From a virus (Duplodnaviria; Caudoviricetes): a stretch of 32,219 nucleotides of DNA. The notes under the pieces were generated by a model. It ran no database searches and was not told where the DNA came from. It was given only the letters and a program-made list of their open reading frames with translations. Position 1 is the first letter of the stretch. Every line of letters begins with the position of its first letter. The position numbers and the translations under genes are program-made. Positions 26,600 through 32,219 of the stretch are shown here, piece by piece. The stretch covers positions 1-32,219 of the IMG/VR virus record IMGVR_UViG_3300037195_001448; one strand, written 5' to 3'.

Positions 26600-27483
26600 G
26601 TCAGGATCCTCCATGCTGTCGCCGCCACAATTGGAACTTGTCCATTTCCAAGGGCTCGCAGTCTGTCCAACCGAGAGGCCACCTCATTAGCCACTCGACC
26701 CACGTCGGGTTCAACTTCCCACCATCCACCATGTCGTTGAGCTGGCAGCCGTAACCGTTGGGGGTCATCTTCTTCTGCTTGTCTGTGCCCTTGTGTCCCG
26801 TCTTCCAGTCCCTTGCGGTCGGAGTCGGCCACAGTCTGACCATGTCTGCTAACGTTGTTGTAACAGGTTTCCCCGTTCGTCTGTCGTGAGGCTTCTGTCC
26901 CGCCTGCAATGGGCCGCCCCTGCTGTTCACAATGTCGGTCGGGTCGGCTGTGTTCGGTGTGTTCTTGTTTGCTGTTGGCGTCGGCAGCAACGATCCACAA
27001 TCGCTTTCGGAGATGGGGCGCTCCCAGTTCGGCTGCCGAAAGCACTCGCCATCGTGCATCGAACCCGCTTTCGGCCAGGTCCCGGTATATCGTTCGTGCG
27101 TATTCGTGAGCAAGGAGAGCTGGCACGTTCTCCAGCAATGCGAATTCGGGTCTAACGATGCGAAGGGCATCGATTGTTGCTGGCCACATGTTCCGCTCGT
27201 CTGCCTCGCCGAGCCCTTTGCCGGCGGTGCTGAATGGCTGGCAGGGGAATCCTGCGGTAATGACATCAACCATTCCCTGATACTGGGGAGCGACTCGCTG
27301 GTTAAACTCTCGGATGTCCATATTCCAGATGGGGAATTCATCCAGGTGCCCTTCGGTCTGCCGCTGCGCTAAAACCTGGCAGCAATAGGAATCGATCTCG
27401 ACAGCGCCAACGCAGCGCCATCCCAACAGGATTGAGGCCAGCAATCCGCCCCCCGCTCCAGTAAAAAGACTCAGCTCTCGCAA
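26596..27483 (-). CDS. dcm: C5-cytosine DNA methyltransferase (alpha-type polypeptide)
   Basis: Motif I LFTGAGG, IV GFPCQPFS, VI ENV, VIII H.RKR, X LGNGQVP. Confidence 0.93.
   Translation of the reverse strand: MRELSLFTGAGGGLLASILLGWRCVGAVEIDSYCCQVLAQRQTEGHLDEFPIWNMDIREFNQRVAPQYQGMVDVITAGFPCQPFSTAGKGLGEADERNMWPATIDALRIVRPEFALLENVPALLAHEYARTIYRDLAESGFDARWRVLSAAELGAPHLRKRLWIVAADANSKQEHTEHSRPDRHCEQQGRPIAGGTEASRQTNGETCYNNVSRHGQTVADSDRKGLEDGTQGHRQAEEDDPQRLRLPAQRHGGWWEVEPDVGRVANEVASRLDRLRALGNGQVPIVAATAWRILT
26601..27341 (-). CDS. Nested alternative-frame ORF, putative beta subunit of the C5 MTase
   Basis: 246 codons open inside dcm; ends with motif-IX-like LNPTWVEWLMRWPLGWTD. Confidence 0.65.
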   Translation of the reverse strand: MNSPSGIWTSESLTSESLPSIREWLMSLPQDSPASHSAPPAKGSARQTSGTCGQQQSMPFASLDPNSHCWRTCQLSLLTNTHERYTGTWPKAGSMHDGECFRQPNWERPISESDCGSLLPTPTANKNTPNTADPTDIVNSRGGPLQAGQKPHDRRTGKPVTTTLADMVRLWPTPTARDWKTGHKGTDKQKKMTPNGYGCQLNDMVDGGKLNPTWVEWLMRWPLGWTDCEPLEMDKFQLWRRQHGGS

Positions 27484-27528
27484 TGGTTTTCTCCGGGTAA
27501 AAGGCGTGGCGGGCGGGTGACTGCGGGA

Positions 27529-27744
27529 TCAATCTTGAACCTCTCGCCCCTCAAATACTTCCCTTCGATTCATAGTGACGGCCACAACATATTCCAATTC
27601 GGCCAGCAGCCGCTTTCCATGACAACACCGGCATTCATTAAGAGGCGTGATTTCGCCTCCTGAACCACAAATCTTGCACACTCCACAACGAAAAATGGTT
27701 CTCGCTTTCTTCCCCGATTTTGGCTTGAGCTTATACGATTTCAT
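27529..27744 (-). CDS. Small Cys-rich accessory protein (71 aa)
   Basis: Lower GC; GAGGT RBS; between 48-bp direct repeats. Confidence 0.55.
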   Translation of the reverse strand: MKSYKLKPKSGKKARTIFRCGVCKICGSGGEITPLNECRCCHGKRLLAELEYVVAVTMNRREVFEGREVQD

Positions 27745-27889
27745 TCTTGAACCTCATTCACCAACCACGCCGCATACTCGAAAAGATTGATCGACCCGGT
27801 TTTCTCCGGGTAAAAGGCGTGGCGGGCGGGTGACTGCGGGATCAAGCACAGTGGATGGCTCACCCGCCCGCCAGAGGGCGAGTCAGCCG

Positions 27890-28189
27890 TTAGGGGGCTG
27901 AATCGGCAGGCTCTTCTATCTCGGTCGCCGGATAGGCAATTAGCCGATTGCCCGGCGGCTCTTCTGTTTCGGGGGTTACGCCCTGCTCGGCGGGGATCAG
28001 GCGATCCAGACGGGTGAGTTCCGGCTCTCCAACCAGCCAGATCACGGCACCTCTGCGGTGATGAAGGAACGCCTCCGAAAGGGTCACCCCGGCGCATTCC
28101 TTACCGGCATCGTCCTCATAGACGACCTCTGTCCCGGGCTTCCAAACCTCGTTGAAGTTTCTGATATGGAAATCGACCGACATAGGCAT
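27890..28189 (-). CDS. Hypothetical phage protein (99 aa)
   Basis: AAGGAG RBS; FN....PGT.V.Y pattern. Confidence 0.65.
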   Translation of the reverse strand: MPMSVDFHIRNFNEVWKPGTEVVYEDDAGKECAGVTLSEAFLHHRRGAVIWLVGEPELTRLDRLIPAEQGVTPETEEPPGNRLIAYPATEIEEPADSAP

Positions 28190-28199
28190 GATGTGCTCC

Positions 28200-28481
28200 T
28201 TATGCGTGTGAGTTGCGGCGAACTTGTCCGTTGCCCATGGAGGCACCGGTCACCTTGTTCTCGGTGAGACGAAAAGATTTGTGGCGGCTGCACTGCTCGC
28301 AGTAGCGCTGGCCTCTGGTGGAACTGACCATGTCCTGGCAGCCGGGGCAGGGCCTGAGCTTTGGCTCTTCCTTCGGGAACAGGGCGAGGATGTGGGGCGG
28401 CAGATCGTTGGTGTAACTCTTGGGCCGCCTGTTCCTGAGCGAGCGGTAACGGTTCTTCTGTGGGTTTCTGGCTCTGGGCAT
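28200..28481 (-). CDS. Small zinc-finger protein (CPGC...CEQC)
   Basis: AGGAG RBS, TGATG coupling. Confidence 0.6.
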   Translation of the reverse strand: MPRARNPQKNRYRSLRNRRPKSYTNDLPPHILALFPKEEPKLRPCPGCQDMVSSTRGQRYCEQCSRHKSFRLTENKVTGASMGNGQVRRNSHA

Positions 28482-28963
28482 CAGGCGCTCCTCGCTTCGA
28501 ACTTCTGGGCATCCGTGTCGAACCAGCCCACAACCGAGCCCGCACGGCGGCGGTCAGTTGGGTGATTTCTTGGGTAAAAATTCGCAATCTCTGTCATCCA
28601 GGCTTCCCAGTTGGCCTCGATGGGAAACAGCCCGACGTTTACGGCCTGCATCAACTGAGCAGCCTGATCGCTCCACTCGACTCCAAATTTGCCCGAAAAG
28701 TCGGAACCATCCCGCAGGGTGCAAAGGTAGCAATACCAGCCACCGTAAATCACGGTGTCGTTGTAGAACGTCCAGATGTAGCATGGGATCACTTTCGGCG
28801 GCTCTGGCTGCCGGATTCGCCTGATCGTTTCCGCCTGCCTCTGGCGCCGCTTGTCGTGGACTTCCTGCCAGGTGACAAATTTTCCATTCACCTTCACTGC
28901 GACATCAGATGGCCACTTATGGCCCCAATGAATGGCTGCCGAGCGAGGCATCATAATCATCAT
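28481..28963 (-). CDS. Hypothetical Trp-rich protein (160 aa)
   Basis: AGGAG RBS; coupled at both ends. Confidence 0.65.
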   Translation of the reverse strand: MMIMMPRSAAIHWGHKWPSDVAVKVNGKFVTWQEVHDKRRQRQAETIRRIRQPEPPKVIPCYIWTFYNDTVIYGGWYCYLCTLRDGSDFSGKFGVEWSDQAAQLMQAVNVGLFPIEANWEAWMTEIANFYPRNHPTDRRRAGSVVGWFDTDAQKFEARSA

Positions 28964-29184
28964 CAGGCGCTCCTTTCCTCCTGGCGTTTCTGCTCGGTCA
29001 GAACCCGCAGGCTGGGGCAGCCCCGCTTTATCCAGTCCTCAATCTCACCCCAATACCACCGCCGCATACGACCGATGTGGAAGCCCTGCGGCACCTTCCC
29101 CTCGTCGATCCAGACGTAGAGCTGCTGGCGGGAGATGTGAAGCTGTTGGGCCAGCGTTTCGGGTGTCAGGGTAAGGGTGTCCAT
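28963..29184 (-). CDS. AlpA/excisionase-type HTH protein (73 aa)
   Basis: LA..L.ISR.QLY.WI.EG..P....IGR..RW...EI..WI signature; GGAGG RBS. Confidence 0.85.
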   Translation of the reverse strand: MDTLTLTPETLAQQLHISRQQLYVWIDEGKVPQGFHIGRMRRWYWGEIEDWIKRGCPSLRVLTEQKRQEERSA

Positions 29185-29510
29185 TACAGAGAGCCTCCCA
29201 GGCGGACTACGGTCTCCGGCCTGCATCCGGGCAGAATGGAACGCACCAGCCGATAAAGGTTGCTCAACGTGGCCTGGCTTAACCTCGTGCCCATGGAGGA
29301 GGAGCGCTTGCGTCTGATCACCGAATCCAGGTAAGTGAAACGCCGGTGAACCTTGCGAATGTTCCGGGGCGAAACGTCCGCCACGGCGGCGCAGAGCCCA
29401 CATGCGAGCTTGAAGCGGTTGCGGTGCCGGTTGACGCCCAGCCGTGCCCCGCATCGGGGACAGTGAAGCGAAACATCAGTAAGCATCTGGCGGGCAGTCT
29501 TCAGTTTCAT
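29184..29510 (-). CDS. Zinc-ribbon protein (CPRC...CGLC)
   Basis: ORF coupled to the AlpA gene. Confidence 0.6.
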   Translation of the reverse strand: MKLKTARQMLTDVSLHCPRCGARLGVNRHRNRFKLACGLCAAVADVSPRNIRKVHRRFTYLDSVIRRKRSSSMGTRLSQATLSNLYRLVRSILPGCRPETVVRLGGSL

Positions 29511-29512
29511 GA

Positions 29513-29715
29513 TTACGAATCATCAAGGGGTAATTTTGCTGTGAGGATGTAGACAACGACCATGGCGATTGCGCCGGCGATGAAGCCGAATGTGAACGTT
29601 CCTATTTCCATCTCATTCCCTCCAGACGGTCCCACCAGTAGGCCAGCCCGCCATAGACCAGTGCGCCGAAACAGGCGAGGACGATCCCATCAATGGCGGC
29701 CTGCAAAAAGCTCAT
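29513..29715 (-). CDS. Two tandem small membrane peptides (29602-29715 and 29513-29611)
   Basis: Read manually: MSFLQAAIDGIVLACFGALVYGGLAYWW... and MEIGTFTFGFIAGAIAMVVVYIL...; each has a purine-rich RBS. Confidence 0.5.
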
Positions 29716-30608
29716 GCTTCCCCTTCCTCGGACTCCACGGGGCGGCGGGCGGGGCCGAGGAGACCCGTCGCTCCCGTTTTGTCCGAAGGTGTCGAGTGGT
29801 TTCCATTTCCGGGCGGAGATTGCAGGCGCTGGTATATGGCCTGAGATATCGCAGTGATCCATTCGTCCCGTGGCAGGTCCCCCACCTCGGCGAGGGCATC
29901 ATCCAGCACGTCGCCGACGCTTGGCATTTTTTTAAGGGCGGCGATGCATTCGGCTCGACCAGATGGCGTCCGCTTGTAGAAGAACTTGGCCGGGGCGGCG
30001 ATCTCTTCCGGGGATGTGTAGTGATCCGGGTCCGCGGTGGCCGGGGTGAGGCGGAATTCCGCCTGCTTCATCGGTTTCGGGGGCGGGGGCGGATCGGGAA
30101 GCTGGTATTTGGGGTCGGTATAAACAGAGATGAAATATGCGAGGAAGTCCTCGCCGGCCTGGGCGGCCTGCCATGCCTGCCGGACGCGGTCCGCATCGTA
30201 ACCAAACCCGACCAGGTGGGTGACCACTGTCTCCCGCTGCTCGTAGCGCCCGCTAATCGCCTCCATCCGGTGTCCGAGTATGGACCGGCTGATTTTGAGC
30301 TGCTGCTCGGAGATGACCTGGACATCCACCTGGCACGGCCACTGAGCGACTTCGAGGGATAGCGTGTAAGCGCCTCGTGCCTCCCCGAATGGCCGCTCGA
30401 TCACTCCCAGGGCCAGCAGACCCGCCAGAGCCCTGGAAAGAGCGCCGGGGTGGCTTATGCCGGTGGCCTGTTGGATGGATCGAGTGCTCATTTGTGTTTT
30501 GTTTTCGTATTCGTAGGCGTTAATAATGGCTGTCAGAACTCGGCTCTGGTTAGTGGAGAGCGTCATTCCGGCCTGGCGCTGGCGCATGAACTGGGGTAAA
30601 GACATCAT
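29712..30608 (-). CDS. Winged-helix protein, putative replication initiator (298 aa)
   Basis: N-terminal wHTH (STRSIQQATGISH...SRAL..L...GVI); early-operon position. Confidence 0.5.
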   Translation of the reverse strand: MMSLPQFMRQRQAGMTLSTNQSRVLTAIINAYEYENKTQMSTRSIQQATGISHPGALSRALAGLLALGVIERPFGEARGAYTLSLEVAQWPCQVDVQVISEQQLKISRSILGHRMEAISGRYEQRETVVTHLVGFGYDADRVRQAWQAAQAGEDFLAYFISVYTDPKYQLPDPPPPPKPMKQAEFRLTPATADPDHYTSPEEIAAPAKFFYKRTPSGRAECIAALKKMPSVGDVLDDALAEVGDLPRDEWITAISQAIYQRLQSPPGNGNHSTPSDKTGATGLLGPARRPVESEEGEA

Positions 30609-30829
30609 TCATCATGGTTAGATCCGCTGTATAACCGTTCTGCCCTCTCGGCGAGGCCAGATAAGAGCATTTCCTTCTTTACTCGGAATTTCGACTTTCC
30701 TATCCTGCGAACGCCCTGGATCTGTCCGCTGTTGTAGAGGCGGACGAAGACTTGGGCCGCGAATCCGGCCATTTCAGCCAGTTCGGCCAAATTCATCGTT
30801 ACCTCTTCTTCTGTGGCGATTTCGCTCAT
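30605..30829 (-). CDS. Cro/Xis-like HTH protein, first gene of the early operon (74 aa)
   Basis: LAELAEMAG...G.I.GV.RIG...RV pattern; divergent from the repressor. Confidence 0.65.
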   Translation of the reverse strand: MSEIATEEEVTMNLAELAEMAGFAAQVFVRLYNSGQIQGVRRIGKSKFRVKKEMLLSGLAERAERLYSGSNHDE

Positions 30830-30870
30830 CTGCAGATGTCCTTTAATCGATATCCGAGTAAGTAAGCGAA

Positions 30871-30898
30871 AGTCTAGTAAGTTCTGAAAGCGTGTCAA
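30871..30898 (-). promoter_or_regulatory. Sigma70-type early promoter TTGACA-N16-TAGACT
   Basis: Near-consensus boxes about 40 nt upstream of the 30829 start; overlapped or flanked by AAGCGAAA(A/G) repeats at 30864, 30897 and 30915 (candidate operators). Confidence 0.7.
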
Positions 30899-31068
30899 GC
30901 GAAAATTCCGCAATAAGCGAAAATTCAACACAAATCGCTAAATAATTGCGATTTTGGTGGATTTTGGTGTAATCTCCCAGAGGATAACGTCCATAATCTG
31001 AGGTAGGAGTCTGGTTATTGAGCGATTTTTCCACACAGAGGTTGGTCACGTTTCCAAGAGGTCAGCGC

Positions 31069-31305
31069 ATGGCCGATTCTTTTTACGAGCGGTTCAGAGA
31101 CTGCGTCTCTGACGCCGAAAAGGGGGACGAGACGCTGGGAAGCCTGGCAAGCGCTATGGGTTTGTCACGGGACCAGCTCTACCGCATCCGCTACGAGAAT
31201 GCGAAGGTTGATCCGGATAAATTGCCGCTCTATGCCCAGGTCCTGGGCACTACTGTCGGATGGCTGCTGGAGGGATTGGATACTTATGCAAAAGACGGTC
31301 TCTAG
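31069..31305 (+). CDS. XRE-family HTH repressor (78 aa)
   Basis: LASAMGLSRDQLYRI...L..YA.VLGTTVGWLL.G signature; GAGGT RBS. Confidence 0.8.
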   Translation: MADSFYERFRDCVSDAEKGDETLGSLASAMGLSRDQLYRIRYENAKVDPDKLPLYAQVLGTTVGWLLEGLDTYAKDGL

Positions 31306-31426
31306 TTATTAATATCAGGATCAGGTTAAAAGAACCAACCAAGAACCATAGGTCCTGGACCGGTTATATTAGCAAAAACGCATCCAAACAGTTATGTGTT
31401 TGGGTTTGAAAGGTTTACGTCAAAAC

Positions 31427-31551
31427 CGCTTCGCGCAGTAGCGCGCGAAGTTTCGCGCAGTAGAGCGCGAAGATGCCATTTTTTACGCGCAGTAGAGCGC
31501 GAACGATCGCGCTCTACTGCGCGAACGCTTCGCGCGCTACTGCGCGAAGCG
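31427..31551. repeat. Five copies of the hairpin unit CGCGCAGTAG(A/C)GCGCGA arranged as an inverted repeat
   Basis: Three forward and two reverse copies; the outer 24 bp are perfectly inverted. Confidence 0.85.
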
Positions 31552-31597
31552 TCAGGGGGAGAAATGCTCAAAATCCTAGTCATTTTGGCGTTCGAGC

Positions 31598-31888
31598 GTC
31601 TGGCCTAGCAGTTGGCCGGGGCGGTCCGCCGATATGGTGCGGCGGGATCTCGAAGCAGCGCAGATCCCCCAGCTCGACGAATTCGATCGGCCCTGGCTCT
31701 TCCACGAGCTCCGACATCAGTTTGCAACCAGGCTGGCCGGGGCGGGGATTCATCCTCAGATTGCGCAGCAACTACTCGATCACTCCTCGGTCGATCTGAC
31801 GATGAATGTCTACACTCACACCGGCCTGGCTGAGCGAGCCCTCGCCGTCAATACGATGCCCTCGTTCGCTAGACCTGACCTTCGGTGA
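31598..31888 (+). pseudogene. int: Tyrosine integrase C-terminal remnant
   Basis: FHELRH, LLDHSS, LTMNVYTH motifs; in-frame stop at 31577-31579; no N-terminal or box I region. Confidence 0.85.
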
Positions 31889-32156
31889 GGGATTTGGTGA
31901 GGGATTGAAGGCTCCTTACCCCGACAAAGGCCGACAAAAGCCGACTCGCAATCCCCAGACACGGATGCGCACAAACTAAAAGAGACCCGCCAAGGATGCA
32001 GTATTTTACACTCTCAGAGGGTCTCCGTTAATGGGCGGGGGCAGAATCGAACTGCCGACACACGGATTTTCAGTCCGGATGCTACCTTTCATAAGTTGTT
32101 TTCCTGCATATTTTTGGTGGTCTGGCTTGCGGGGGTGGTGAGGGATTCGGTGAGGG
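31884..32156. other. attP-like site: tRNA-Phe core with arm-type repeats
   Basis: GGTGAGGGATT at 31884, 31896 and 32137, GGTGAGGG at 32149; 10-bp-period CCGAC repeats at 31921-31945. Confidence 0.75.
32032..32077 (-). tRNA. 3' half of tRNA-Phe(GAA), att core (not a complete tRNA)
   Basis: CGGACTGAAAATCCGTGTGTCGGCAGTTCGATTCTGCCCCCGCCCA: anticodon arm, T-arm and acceptor 3' strand; 5' acceptor strand and D arm absent. Confidence 0.85.
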
Positions 32157-32219
32157 CTGGAATTAGGAAACTTGAAATCAGAAGTTGAGATCGGTTTTTG
32201 TAAAGCCCCTTTTGACACC

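Noticed and set aside
32032-32110. Complete tRNA-Phe gene
   Set aside because: The 5' acceptor strand and a proper D arm are missing; treated as an att core.

Overview
Most of a temperate, siphovirus-like phage genome (GC-rich; host possibly Planctomycetota, inferred from the integrase motif style), with nearly all genes on the minus strand. Right to left: an attP-like site (3' half of tRNA-Phe with arm-type direct repeats on both sides), a C-terminal tyrosine-integrase remnant, an XRE repressor with a divergent early promoter, an early operon (HTH/AlpA proteins, a putative wHTH replication protein, zinc-finger proteins, a C5 methyltransferase with a nested second ORF, ASCH), lambda-type packaging and head genes (TerS, GpA TerL, gpW-like, portal, S49 protease/scaffold, decoration protein, Mu-gpT-like capsid), and tail genes (completion, terminator, tube, G/GT frameshift chaperones, tape measure, fibre). 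The unusual features are mostly non-coding. (1) About 22 arrays of the heptamer CC(T/C)GACA occupy most late gene junctions, often in place of a Shine-Dalgarno sequence, and some form inverted pairs around accessory segments. (2) A complete integron-type attC cassette carrying an antisense DNA methyltransferase gene appears to be inserted precisely into a copy of a REP-like element in the head cluster. (3) A repeated CGCA-N9-(G/T)A(T/G)AAT promoter-like motif precedes structural modules. (4) Several accessory genes are bracketed by duplicated junction sequences. All protein calls come from motif recognition and gene order only; no searches were run.
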